Virus record (IMG/VR): IMGVR_UViG_3300009103_000001
Span: 1 to 64,000 of that record
Length of the DNA: 64,000 nucleotides
Reading direction: 5' to 3' (one strand)
The notes beneath the pieces are model-generated. The model ran no database searches. It was given only the letters and a program-made list of their open reading frames with translations, and was not told the origin of the DNA. This document shows positions 1-10,082 of the stretch, in pieces. How positions within the stretch are numbered: position 1 is the first letter of the stretch; each line of letters starts with the position of its first letter. The translations under genes and the position numbers were made by a program.

Positions 1-792
1 ACCAGATAAAAATTCTGGTTTAGATAATTCATTAACTAATTTAAAGGCTTGTTTATCATCTCTTAATGTTTGAAACCTTGGGTAACCAGAAGACCTTTCC
101 CACTTAGGTCTATAATGCATTGCTAATTTATAATAATCATCAGTTTTCATTGACTTTGTGGGGGGTATCATTCTTTTATCCATTAAAAAGAATATTGGAC
201 CTTGTGTAAAATATTGTTCAAAATAACCTGAATAACCCCTCATAGCCACACACCATCTAGTACCTGAACCATATCTACATGCCGCTTGATGTGTTAATGG
301 TGTTAATAGTAAAAAATCATCATTTTCAAAAAGTTTAACAACACCAGACTCTTTTATTTCTTTTCTAGATAATTTTAATTTAGCTTTTTCTACTGCTTTA
401 TGTAATTCATCCCAACCAGAGTATTGATTTATATCTCTTTGTTCAAACTTTCTTGGATATGAATTAAAATATTCAACATCATCTTTTAAATCTTTTCTAT
501 TTTGGTCGTGTATTTTATATTCAGCATAACGTCTAGACCAATAATCATTGTTAACGTCATTTTTTTCGTCATTTAAATAGTCTGTAGGTATATCTGAAAG
601 TGGGTATAACAGAATTTTAGCTAACCAATCTAAATATTTATTATTACCAGATGGGTCATATTTATCCGCAATATCATCAATAATACTATGTGTCCTTAAT
701 GGAAATTTCTTTTTAATATTATCAATTCTGGCTTCAAGAAGTAAGTTGTCAACCTTGCTTAATATAAGTTCCGTTATGTGTTTATTATCCAT
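1..792 (-). CDS. Hypothetical phage protein, C-x-YG-x-GT-x-WC family (runs off window start)
   Basis: Open frame from ATG at 792: MDNKHITELILSKVDNLLLEARID...YDPSGNNKYLDW...PLTHQAACRYGSGTRWCV; paralogous to 62313 and 63391. Confidence 0.8.
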   Translation of the reverse strand, partial: MDNKHITELILSKVDNLLLEARIDNIKKKFPLRTHSIIDDIADKYDPSGNNKYLDWLAKILLYPLSDIPTDYLNDEKNDVNNDYWSRRYAEYKIHDQNRKDLKDDVEYFNSYPRKFEQRDINQYSGWDELHKAVEKAKLKLSRKEIKESGVVKLFENDDFLLLTPLTHQAACRYGSGTRWCVAMRGYSGYFEQYFTQGPIFFLMDKRMIPPTKSMKTDDYYKLAMHYRPKWERSSGYPRFQTLRDDKQAFKLVNELSKPEFLSG

Positions 793-837
793 AAAAAATA
801 CTTTTACTATAAATATGTAAAAATATGTAAAATAACA

Positions 838-2460
838 CTATAAGAAAAAATCCTCAAATAAAAAACTATCGTTTAAATCCCAATCCCTTTTTAGTCTATG
901 TTTTTTTTGTAAATAAAAGTGGCCACCTATATTTTTAATCCAAATATTATCTAATAGTTTATTTAATAACTTTATTCTATCATCAATACACATATCATTA
1001 ATATTTTTTAAATTTTTATTATCATATAATACATCCAAATTTTTAGGTCTCATACCAAGACCATTATAATCTTTTATAAAATTATTTTTAATATATTTTA
1101 TAAATTTAATATGTGATTTTATACTATCCTTTTTACTTATTGTGATATCAAATATACCTCTTGGAATTGTAATACCTATTTTTTCTAATCTAAGCAAATC
1201 TATTGTATCAAATTCACCATCTAAGTAATTTTCATTCTTACCCCAAGACTCTAATAAAACAGAACATTTATTACTCCACCCCATACTATTTCTCTGCAGT
1301 GTAGTTTGGTCATCTATTTCAATATTTGTAGTATAAGTAGGTAAATAAAATTTAGTATCATTATAGTTAGTTTTAATGTCATTAATGTCTATTTCACTAT
1401 TAAAAAAATATTTAAACTTATTATTTATTTTATTACTAAAGGTTGAAGACCTTGGATGAACATTTTTACTCTTTGGTAAACATCCATACCATTCAATTAA
1501 TTTATTTTTTTTATCATTATTTTTATTTCTAACAAATATATCCCAATATTTTATAAAAGATTTATTGTTTAAAATATTATAATTTCTAAAAATATATTTT
1601 ATTTTAAATTTTTTGGGCCAATATACATATAAATCTTCCCTTGTAACCACCCCCGATGATGTATTCTTTAGTTTTTTAACAATAAAATGTTTATTAACAA
1701 ATCTTTTGTTTTTTCGATATTTATCATACCATATTTTCCCAATCGTTTTATGTCTTGGCATAGTATCTTCTAAAAAACCATGTTTTAGTAATTCTATTTC
1801 AGATTTTAAATCACAGTTGGTTTTTAATGCTTTAGTTTTATTTATTAATCTTATTGCCGTATTTAATGGTGTTAATAATGATACAACCTCTATTTTATCG
1901 TTAACTAAAAATTCAATAAACTTATTATTATAAATTATTTTTTTATTTATAGTATCTAATCCAGCACAACAACAGTTTAAATCAAAGTTATCTAATAAAC
2001 CTTTATAATAATCTTGTTGATTTATCTCATCAGAATTAGTACCCACACAAATCAATATGGTATTCCAATTTAAATTTCTAACACTACTAACCATCCTCAT
2101 ATTTTCACCATTTGGGCCAAACCAAACGTTACCATATCCATCTGAATTTAAATTAAGGTTATCATTATTTATAAATCTTTCGTCACCCACGACACTGGTT
2201 GAACCCCAATCAATATCTTCAGTTTTTTTAAAAATAAAAAAATCAATATCATTAATTACCGGTTCTGTATTTTTTTTATATAATATATTGTATATTGTAT
2301 TTGCAATAGAACCTCCGGCTATGTAGCCTTGGCTCAGTGGGTACTGTTCGTATGTGTAATCTCTAGACAACTCAAGTAGAGAGCTTTTAATAATTTGTTT
2401 CTCAACAATATTATATGTTTCTTCTTTATTTAAAAATTCTATAATTTCTTTTTTATCCAT
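838..2460 (-). CDS. Protein with N-terminal Pol-beta/CCA-poly(A) polymerase-like nucleotidyltransferase domain
   Basis: YIAGGSIAN...INDIDFF (GG plus DxD) and later DNFDLNCC, similar to the NTase head-domain motifs. Confidence 0.5.
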   Translation of the reverse strand: MDKKEIIEFLNKEETYNIVEKQIIKSSLLELSRDYTYEQYPLSQGYIAGGSIANTIYNILYKKNTEPVINDIDFFIFKKTEDIDWGSTSVVGDERFINNDNLNLNSDGYGNVWFGPNGENMRMVSSVRNLNWNTILICVGTNSDEINQQDYYKGLLDNFDLNCCCAGLDTINKKIIYNNKFIEFLVNDKIEVVSLLTPLNTAIRLINKTKALKTNCDLKSEIELLKHGFLEDTMPRHKTIGKIWYDKYRKNKRFVNKHFIVKKLKNTSSGVVTREDLYVYWPKKFKIKYIFRNYNILNNKSFIKYWDIFVRNKNNDKKNKLIEWYGCLPKSKNVHPRSSTFSNKINNKFKYFFNSEIDINDIKTNYNDTKFYLPTYTTNIEIDDQTTLQRNSMGWSNKCSVLLESWGKNENYLDGEFDTIDLLRLEKIGITIPRGIFDITISKKDSIKSHIKFIKYIKNNFIKDYNGLGMRPKNLDVLYDNKNLKNINDMCIDDRIKLLNKLLDNIWIKNIGGHFYLQKKHRLKRDWDLNDSFLFEDFFL

Positions 2461-2689
2461 GTGTGTGTTTTGATGTAATTATAAAAAAATAATAAATAAT
2501 TGTCAAAATAATATCGTAAAAACAATTATTATTTTGTATGTTTAATGTGATACAATTTTTTATTTTTATTATGAAATTAAATAAAAAATTATAATTTATA
2601 GACAAATATAATAATATATTAACTACTTATAAACCTTAACAATATTGTCTTTTTTTAATATATTATTTATATTTATAAATAAAAGACTA

Positions 2690-2986
2690 ATGAAAATAAT
2701 ATTAAAAATTACGGTTTTTTTGTTATTTACTCTATTTTTTGAAAAATCTTTTTCACAAGAAAAACAAAACACAGAAGGTCCACAAAAAATAATTCTTGAA
2801 ATGGAATTAGAACAAGTTGTAAAATTTAGTGTACCAGCAAACGATGATTTAGAAATTTTAAATAAAGAGAAACAAAAATACCCACCAAAAACAATAGATA
2901 ATGTGTGTTTACCAGAGAATAAGATAAACATACCAAAAACTAATACAATAATAAAGGAGGAAGATTATGATGAAAACGATAAGTAA
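2690..2986 (+). CDS. Small secreted hypothetical protein
   Basis: Signal-peptide-like MKIILKITVFLLFTLFFEKSFSQ; ATG 2690 follows an ATATTTATA motif (track starts at 2645). Confidence 0.65.
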   Translation: MKIILKITVFLLFTLFFEKSFSQEKQNTEGPQKIILEMELEQVVKFSVPANDDLEILNKEKQKYPPKTIDNVCLPENKINIPKTNTIIKEEDYDENDK

Positions 2987-5465
2987 ACTATTAATTTTAC
3001 TACTACTACCAATTTTCACGTTTGGTCAAGTATCAACACTACCACACGCCTCAGATTTTGAGGTTGGTTTTGGTGATTGGACAAATTCTACATTTGATAA
3101 TTTTGATTGGACCCAAACAACTTCAGGGACACCATCATCTGGTACTGGACCACAAATAGGACCACCATACGGAGATTTAGGCTCTTTGGGTTATGTATTT
3201 ACTGAATCATCTGGGTCTAACCAAAATAGCCAAGCATGGTTAGAATGTGAATATAATTTAACTTCATACACCGGAATTGAAATGACTTTTGCATATCATA
3301 TGTATAGTGCAAATGGAGGTGCATATGGACCTGGATTGTTACAGCTGGACATTTATGATGGAACTGCTTGGACATTTGGAGTATGGAGTAGTACAAATAA
3401 TGACCCAGGATGGCAAACTGGATATGTAGATTTATCGGCTTATGATGGATTAGGTCAGGTTATTTTATCTTGGACTGGTGCAACAACTGGTTGGCAATCG
3501 GATATTTCATTAGATAATATAATTGTTACAGGAGTAGAAAATATACCTTTAATAACAACGTATCCCTATGAAGTAGATTTTGAAACAGAATTACAACATA
3601 TAACCGATGCTGCAGCAACAGGGTTTACCTTTGTTAAGCCAGGTTGGAGAAATACTGGTGGTGATGGAACTGATTGGAGAGCAGATGCTGGTGGGACACC
3701 ATCGGTAGATACTGGTCCTGGTAGTGGTGCAACTACAGGTGCTTCAGATTATTCGCCAGGAAATTCTACTGGGTTTTATCTTTATTTTGAATCATCAACA
3801 CCAAACTATCCAACAGTAAATGCTTACTTATTAACACCAAGATTTGATTTAACATCAAACACATACCCAGTAATGGAGTTTTGGTATAATATGTATGGTA
3901 CTGGTATGGGGAGTTTAAAGATGCAAATGAGTACTGATGGGGGAACTACATGGTCAGCAGATTATATGAACATATCTGGTGATAGAGGTAGTGAATGGAC
4001 ACAAGTTATATTTGACATGATTGATTTTAGGGGTGAAACTAATGTAGTATTTAGGTTTGAGGCGGAATCTGCTGCTGATTGGAATAGCGATATTTGTATA
4101 GATAACTTCCGAGTACTAGATATGAATACTAGTCCTTTAGATGTGTATATTGATTTGAATTTAGTTAGTGATGCTTTCGGTGCAAATCCTGGGACATCAA
4201 TAAATATGGTAGGGAATACAACACAATCAATACGTTCCAATGGATATGAATTTTCTATTTTAAATATCAACAACACTAATGGGATAACAATAACAGATGA
4301 TTTAGTCACAAAAAAATTAGCGTTAGTTGATGGTATTATAACCACTGGGGCAAATAAAGTTTCTGTTACAAGTAATTTATGGAATGCTGTAGCTGGTGGT
4401 TCTGACGCTTCTTTTATAAATGGAAATCTTAGGAGATATATTACAACTAATACAAGTACCTATGGTTTCCCACTTGGTTATGGTACAGGTACAGCAAACT
4501 ATCATAAAATAGATTTGATTAATAACAATATGACAGGTGTGTCATATATTGATGCATATGTTTCAGATATGACTGGTGGTAATAATTTAGAACTTAATAC
4601 ATCAGAATCTTCATCGATGATTACTGAAATGGCAGATAAAGAGTGGTTCTTGACTCCCGATGCACAACCAATTACTGGTGATTATGGTGTTAATTTATAT
4701 TTAAATGGGTTAGCAGGGGCTTTATTACAAGATGATAATTTTACCGTACTTAAAAGACCAAATGGTTCTATCACATATGGAGATTGGGATGCGTTTGATG
4801 CAACAACAGATATTCCACCTGCCGGAAGTAACGGTAGAACAACTGCTAGTGGATATGGTCAAAAAACTGGATTTGATAGTTTCAGTGGTTTTGGTATTGG
4901 CGGTACTGGGGGTAGCCCATTACCAATAGTATTATTATCATTTGGGGCTGAATTAAGTGGTAATAATGTGGATGTTAATTGGTCGGTTGCTTCACAAGTT
5001 AACAATGATTATTATACGGTATTAAGAAGTATTGATGCGTATGATTGGGAAGAGATTGGAAGAGTAGAAGGAGCTGGAAATAGTAATACTCAAATGGATT
5101 ATAGATTTATAGATGATGACCCATATATTGGACTATCTTATTATAAATTAAAACAAACTGATTTTGATGGGAAATTCGAAGAATTTTATCCTGTGTCGGT
5201 TTCATATGATGTTGAAATAGTGGGGTTATTAGTTTCTCCAAACCCCGTTACAGATATTATAACCTTAACAATGGATGGTAATTTACACAATGATTTACAT
5301 GTAATTAAAATATTTGATTATAAAGGTAATGTCATACTTACAAATAATCTAATTGGTAATTTAAAAGATTATATGGTAGATGTTAGAAAATTATCATCTG
5401 GCATGTATATAGTTAAAGTTAAAAACAGAAGACAATTAGGTATTGGTAAATTCATAAAAGAATAG
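2967..5465 (+). CDS. Secreted tandem MAM-domain protein with T9SS type A C-terminal sorting domain
   Basis: Signal peptide; two MAM-like repeats (DFE..F..W...DW...GTPS..TGP, F.YHMYG); PLPIVLLSF...PNPVTD...LSSGMYIVKV tail. Confidence 0.85.
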   Translation: MMKTISKLLILLLLPIFTFGQVSTLPHASDFEVGFGDWTNSTFDNFDWTQTTSGTPSSGTGPQIGPPYGDLGSLGYVFTESSGSNQNSQAWLECEYNLTSYTGIEMTFAYHMYSANGGAYGPGLLQLDIYDGTAWTFGVWSSTNNDPGWQTGYVDLSAYDGLGQVILSWTGATTGWQSDISLDNIIVTGVENIPLITTYPYEVDFETELQHITDAAATGFTFVKPGWRNTGGDGTDWRADAGGTPSVDTGPGSGATTGASDYSPGNSTGFYLYFESSTPNYPTVNAYLLTPRFDLTSNTYPVMEFWYNMYGTGMGSLKMQMSTDGGTTWSADYMNISGDRGSEWTQVIFDMIDFRGETNVVFRFEAESAADWNSDICIDNFRVLDMNTSPLDVYIDLNLVSDAFGANPGTSINMVGNTTQSIRSNGYEFSILNINNTNGITITDDLVTKKLALVDGIITTGANKVSVTSNLWNAVAGGSDASFINGNLRRYITTNTSTYGFPLGYGTGTANYHKIDLINNNMTGVSYIDAYVSDMTGGNNLELNTSESSSMITEMADKEWFLTPDAQPITGDYGVNLYLNGLAGALLQDDNFTVLKRPNGSITYGDWDAFDATTDIPPAGSNGRTTASGYGQKTGFDSFSGFGIGGTGGSPLPIVLLSFGAELSGNNVDVNWSVASQVNNDYYTVLRSIDAYDWEEIGRVEGAGNSNTQMDYRFIDDDPYIGLSYYKLKQTDFDGKFEEFYPVSVSYDVEIVGLLVSPNPVTDIITLTMDGNLHNDLHVIKIFDYKGNVILTNNLIGNLKDYMVDVRKLSSGMYIVKVKNRRQLGIGKFIKE

Positions 5466-5680
5466 TGAAAAATTTATTTTTTATATTATTACCCTTATCA
5501 TTAATAAGTTGTTCAAAATACCAAGTCGTTAGTGAAGTAAGAGTAAATTTATACCACATGCATAACCCAAAAACTAATGATGTGGAAATAATATTGACTG
5601 AACAAGATTTAAAAGTGGGTGAATGGTATAAATTAAACCAAATAAAAACAATAGAAATTGAAAATAGAAAAAACAAATAA
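5465..5680 (+). CDS. Small lipoprotein
   Basis: Lipobox LISC. Confidence 0.65.
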   Translation: MKNLFFILLPLSLISCSKYQVVSEVRVNLYHMHNPKTNDVEIILTEQDLKVGEWYKLNQIKTIEIENRKNK

Positions 5681-6062
5681 TACACCAGAAATTATATTTG
5701 ATAAAGATAATTGTGTTTTAACATTTGCAGGTGCTTCTTATCCTGAAAATGCCAACCATTTTTATGAACCCATAAAGATTGATATTCATAATTGTTTTAA
5801 TGATTTAAATGGTAAAGAAAAGGATATTAAAATTATATGTAAATTTACTTTATTAAATTCTGTATCGACTAGATATATGTATGAATTTTTTAAAATATCT
5901 GATTTATATTCACAACATAATAAACCCGTAGTTGTTGATTGGTTTTATGAAAGTGATGATGAAGATATGGGGGGTGATGGTAAAATATTTAAAAAAAGTT
6001 TTAAATATTTAAACTTTAATATAATTGGTGTAGATGATATAGATAACATTACTGTATCCTAA
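5658..6062 (+). CDS. siaC: SiaC-family (DUF1987) regulatory phosphoprotein
   Basis: IEKTNNTPEI.FD...GASYPENA..FYEPI...LLNSVST...VDWFYESDDEDM pattern. Confidence 0.75.
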   Translation: MKIEKTNNTPEIIFDKDNCVLTFAGASYPENANHFYEPIKIDIHNCFNDLNGKEKDIKIICKFTLLNSVSTRYMYEFFKISDLYSQHNKPVVVDWFYESDDEDMGGDGKIFKKSFKYLNFNIIGVDDIDNITVS

Positions 6063-6960
6063 CCATCCAAACCAATTTATCATTATTAGTGTTAAATATA
6101 TCTGTAAATAAAGCGGAGTTTATTTCACCATTAGTCACAAAACTATTAGGGACCGTACCACTAAAGTCACCACCAATAGTATAGAAGTTATAAAGTGTTA
6201 ACTCAGACATATTATTACCAAAAATACTATTAACAGTGTAGTTATATGGTGTACCACTATTTATTGTATACGATATACCATTTATAAAATCTAAGGTATC
6301 ATTAGGGTAATTATTGGCAAAACCATCATAAAATTTAGTAACAACCCATTTAGTACCTATAATATCACTTACACTCACAGTATTAGTTATAACACCACCG
6401 TACATATATCCATATAAAGCATTTGGTTGACAATTAGTACAAGTTTCACCTTGTTTTAAAAATGTTAATGTAGAAAAATAACTTAAATTTTCACCACCAA
6501 TAGAACCAAAACCTTCATGTATTTTAACAGTAAGTTTAGTATCGGTTAATTCTAAAACAATCATTGGTCTTGATGAACCATTTTCTAACCCAATAACAGA
6601 TATATTATTACCACTAGATGTATAACCATAAGAATTACCCCCATTTAATGTAAAGTTAGAATTACCAAAATTCCATGTAGTTATATCTTGTATAATAGTA
6701 TCGAATGGTACGTCAGCTCCATTAACAGGGTCTAAGGTACTTTGATTTTGAGTCGAACTAAAATGGTCATAATATGTTAAATCACCATTATCCATATTTT
6801 CAACATAAAACCTACCTTCAGTTAAAACCCAATTTATTCCAAGTATACTATAGTTAGTTGGAGTTGGGGCCACTACATTATTATCCGGTCTTAATGGCTC
6901 TTCTTTTTTACAAGATACGATTGTTAAGACACTTAAGAGTATTATAAATATTTTTTTCAT
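6049..6960 (-). CDS. Lipoprotein with lipocalin-like repeats
   Basis: Lipobox IVSC-KKEE; two G..W(V)(L/V)T motifs. Confidence 0.7.
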   Translation of the reverse strand: MKKIFIILLSVLTIVSCKKEEPLRPDNNVVAPTPTNYSILGINWVLTEGRFYVENMDNGDLTYYDHFSSTQNQSTLDPVNGADVPFDTIIQDITTWNFGNSNFTLNGGNSYGYTSSGNNISVIGLENGSSRPMIVLELTDTKLTVKIHEGFGSIGGENLSYFSTLTFLKQGETCTNCQPNALYGYMYGGVITNTVSVSDIIGTKWVVTKFYDGFANNYPNDTLDFINGISYTINSGTPYNYTVNSIFGNNMSELTLYNFYTIGGDFSGTVPNSFVTNGEINSALFTDIFNTNNDKLVWMVRIQ

Positions 6961-6991
6961 GTTTAGGTATTTTTATTTTTATTACAGATTA

Positions 6992-7022
6992 CAAATATAA
7001 CTATTTTATTTTAATTAACAAA
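6992..7022 (-). promoter_or_regulatory. Bacteroidota-type promoter
   Basis: TTTG-19 nt-TATATTTG upstream of 6960. Confidence 0.7.
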
Positions 7023-7082
7023 AAAAAGACGTATTTTTTTATTAAAAGTTTATTTTTAATAAACCTTAATTATATTAAAATT

Positions 7083-7319
7083 ATGAAAAAAATAATTATA
7101 GATAATTTTAGATTGGGTGAAGAGGTTTTAATAACAAATTTTAACCCACCTATGAAAGCAAAAATAGCTGATATGTATGAACTACCATACGACCAAATAC
7201 CTATGATAGGAGACCCTTCATTAAAAAAATATCATGGTAAAAATGTACCAATAATAGAAGTTTTTTTAGAAGGTAAAGTTAGGTCTTTTGTAAAAGATGT
7301 TGTCACAAAAATAAAATGA
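7083..7319 (+). CDS. Hypothetical protein
   Basis: ORF track; fits gene packing. Confidence 0.6.
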   Translation: MKKIIIDNFRLGEEVLITNFNPPMKAKIADMYELPYDQIPMIGDPSLKKYHGKNVPIIEVFLEGKVRSFVKDVVTKIK

Positions 7320-7528
7320 ACACATTAGATATAGTATATTTAGTAATATCAATTTTAGTAACATTCCCCATTTCACATTTATTATTAAAAAAGGCAATAA
7401 TAATGGATTTTAATTATGATGAGGAAAAGGGTAAAGACTTAAATAAATTTTTTTATATACCTTATTTAAATATTGTGATATATTTTTTTTATTTATTATG
7501 GGTTATAATAACATTTAAAAGACCATAA
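7316..7528 (+). CDS. Small membrane protein
   Basis: Two hydrophobic segments. Confidence 0.6.
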   Translation: MNTLDIVYLVISILVTFPISHLLLKKAIIMDFNYDEEKGKDLNKFFYIPYLNIVIYFFYLLWVIITFKRP

Positions 7529-7542
7529 AGATATTTATATGT

Positions 7543-8187
7543 GTGAAACATTTAGAACACATATTAAATAGAATAGTAGAAGAAGAAACTTTTAATGATT
7601 TATACCAAGTAAAAAATACTTGGGTAGAGATAGACCAAAGTGATAGGTCAAAATTAGAAAAAAAATTATGGTATTTAATAGATAATGCCTATAAAGTATT
7701 CCCAAAGGGACACCCCCGAATAAAGAGCCCCAGTGATATAACAAATGATTTAGAAATGTCTTTTTGGCGTGCATCTGACCATGATGATGACCCACATGCC
7801 GATATGGTTGTTTTTGGTAGAAAGACACCTGCAGGTATTAAAATTTCTGGAATTGGTCATGATGGGGAAATATTAAGTAGAAAAGAAGTTGTTAGACAAT
7901 GTGCTAATTTATTAAGACAACAGGGTTTTTGGGTTGAAGCTTCTGATAATTTAGCTAGAATATTATTACAATTACATAAAGTACCAACAGTAGAAACACC
8001 AGAGAAAGTTGAAAAAACTTTATATAAGCCAATAAAAAAGTGGTTAGGAACAGTAGAAGGTCAACCTGGATATGGTTGGTATATAAGAGATGTTGAGTAT
8101 ATGTCCAACTCTTATAACTGGAAGGATTCATTACCAGGTCGTAGAAACTATTTAACAAAGATACTTATAGGAAAGCCTAATGTATAA
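7543..8187 (+). CDS. Leader-family protein
   Basis: GTG start after GATATTTATA; N-term ...LNRIVEEE. Confidence 0.7.
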   Translation: MKHLEHILNRIVEEETFNDLYQVKNTWVEIDQSDRSKLEKKLWYLIDNAYKVFPKGHPRIKSPSDITNDLEMSFWRASDHDDDPHADMVVFGRKTPAGIKISGIGHDGEILSRKEVVRQCANLLRQQGFWVEASDNLARILLQLHKVPTVETPEKVEKTLYKPIKKWLGTVEGQPGYGWYIRDVEYMSNSYNWKDSLPGRRNYLTKILIGKPNV

Positions 8188-8960
8188 TGAAAAACTTAAT
8201 TAAAAAAATATTAAAAGAAGAGTTATCAGATGATGAGTTAAATTGGATTCGTGAAGTGGACCCTATAGCAGAGTTTGGTAGATACGTTGATGAAGAAAGT
8301 TCTCGTTATGGGTTTAAGGATGATTCTGATAGAGATTGGTTACGTTTAATAGATAATACTAAAGAATTTTTAGAAGAATTCGTTGATGAAACAAATATTC
8401 TTCAAAATTATGTAGAAAGTTTAAAGAGTTCAACGATGGGGTATCCAACTAGTAAAGCAACGGATACATTAAAGGCAATAGAAGAGATGTTGGGGGATGA
8501 AGATGGTCAATCATCATGGGATTATGTAGAATATTTTCATGATAATCAACATTATTTATGGACGTTTTTAAATAATTTTGGACATTATGCAAATAAACAT
8601 AATTTAACTTTAGTAGAAATGTTAAATTTAAGTCATACATATTTTGACCAAAAAGTTGATGATGATATTAAAAGGTCAGAATCATTAAGAGAATATAATG
8701 AATACGAAAAAAGGTCTACAACTGAAATGACAATGGGTCTATTACTACAGGCTGTGGATTCACTTAAAGATGCGTTAAGATATGTGGAATCAGCATTACA
8801 ATTCGCTTATCAAACAAATAATGAAGATTTAATTAGAGAATTAGAAGACATTAGAATGCATATTTCACATGATGATGGTGACCAAATTGGTTGGGAAGGT
8901 GACCAAACTCATGCAAATATTATTGGTAAGATAAAAGATGTAATAGAAAAATACAGTTAA
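8187..8960 (+). CDS. Leader-family protein, two modules
   Basis: MKNLIKKILKEE..DELNWIRE; internal LRE. Confidence 0.75.
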   Translation: MKNLIKKILKEELSDDELNWIREVDPIAEFGRYVDEESSRYGFKDDSDRDWLRLIDNTKEFLEEFVDETNILQNYVESLKSSTMGYPTSKATDTLKAIEEMLGDEDGQSSWDYVEYFHDNQHYLWTFLNNFGHYANKHNLTLVEMLNLSHTYFDQKVDDDIKRSESLREYNEYEKRSTTEMTMGLLLQAVDSLKDALRYVESALQFAYQTNNEDLIRELEDIRMHISHDDGDQIGWEGDQTHANIIGKIKDVIEKYS

Positions 8961-9404
8961 GTGAAAGATAGAATTAGAAAAATATTAAGAGAGGAAACCG
9001 AAAAACAACCAACAACTTATTATCTTATTGTTGATAAAAGAACTAATAAAGTAATGGACCCTGGTTTATGGAGAATAGGGTTTGAGAATTCGGGTGGTTC
9101 ATCTTATGGGACTTGGGGTATAGACTTCGGTGACCCAAAGTCAGTTGCTCAATACTCATTCAAAGATATGGATGAGATTGAAGAGGTGGTAGAGGATATT
9201 GAATTAGAAAAAAATGATTTAGAAGAAAGATTTCCATTAGATGATGAAGGTAAAAGAGCTTGGAATATACAAGAAGAGATTGATTATTATACTGAATTAT
9301 TACAACATTTAGAAGTTAGAGGGTTTAAATTAGCGGTAGAACCAATTAAAGTTGAAGACCCTTTTAAAAAATTATTTGGATATTCACCTTATGATGAAGA
9401 ATAG
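8961..9404 (+). CDS. Leader-family protein
   Basis: MKDRIRKILREE. Confidence 0.75.
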   Translation: MKDRIRKILREETEKQPTTYYLIVDKRTNKVMDPGLWRIGFENSGGSSYGTWGIDFGDPKSVAQYSFKDMDEIEEVVEDIELEKNDLEERFPLDDEGKRAWNIQEEIDYYTELLQHLEVRGFKLAVEPIKVEDPFKKLFGYSPYDEE

Positions 9405-9735
9405 AATTAAAAAAATATTGAAAGAAACTGATTTTGATTGGGTTAAGGATAACCCAATTAGTTCTAAAGAAATATATGTAATTCAATTTGATAAGGGTTG
9501 GGTTTTAGAACCAGACCCTAGAGGGGAATTTGGTTATTATGATATTAGAAATAAAAAGATTGGTGATTGGATTATGCATGTGGGATTTAATTCATTAGAA
9601 GAAGCCGGAGAATATTTAGAGTGGTATATATCAGGGAACCAAGAAGCGTATGAAGATGACATTAAAGACCTTGGCCACCCAAAGATAGTTAAATATAGAT
9701 TAAATTATATGTTAGAATTTATAGAAGAATATTAA
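9391..9735 (+). CDS. Leader-family protein
   Basis: MMKNRIKKILKETDFDWVKD (start moved from track 9352). Confidence 0.75.
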   Translation: MMKNRIKKILKETDFDWVKDNPISSKEIYVIQFDKGWVLEPDPRGEFGYYDIRNKKIGDWIMHVGFNSLEEAGEYLEWYISGNQEAYEDDIKDLGHPKIVKYRLNYMLEFIEEY

Positions 9736-10071
9736 ATGAAAGATAGAATTAGAAAAATATTGAGAGAGTCAGATTTTGATTGGACTAAAGAAAATACCAA
9801 CGAAGTGCCAATAAAAGATATTGAGGATTGGGTTGACAAAACTAGGTATGAAGTTGCTGGATGGATTCAAAAAATAGATGAATTTTATAAAAATGCTCCC
9901 CAAGTTGATTGGAGTATTAGGGGTGATATGGAAGAGGAAGATAAAATGTTAGCATTAACGGTTAAAGGTATTGGTGACGAATTAAGAAATATATATAGTA
10001 GTTTTGATTCCATAGATGATGAAATAGATTATCTCAGAAACCCAAAAATGTTTGACGATAATGAACTTTAA
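9736..10071 (+). CDS. Leader-family protein
   Basis: MKDRIRKILRESDFDWTKE. Confidence 0.75.
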   Translation: MKDRIRKILRESDFDWTKENTNEVPIKDIEDWVDKTRYEVAGWIQKIDEFYKNAPQVDWSIRGDMEEEDKMLALTVKGIGDELRNIYSSFDSIDDEIDYLRNPKMFDDNEL

Positions 10072-10082
10072 AAATAAAAAAA

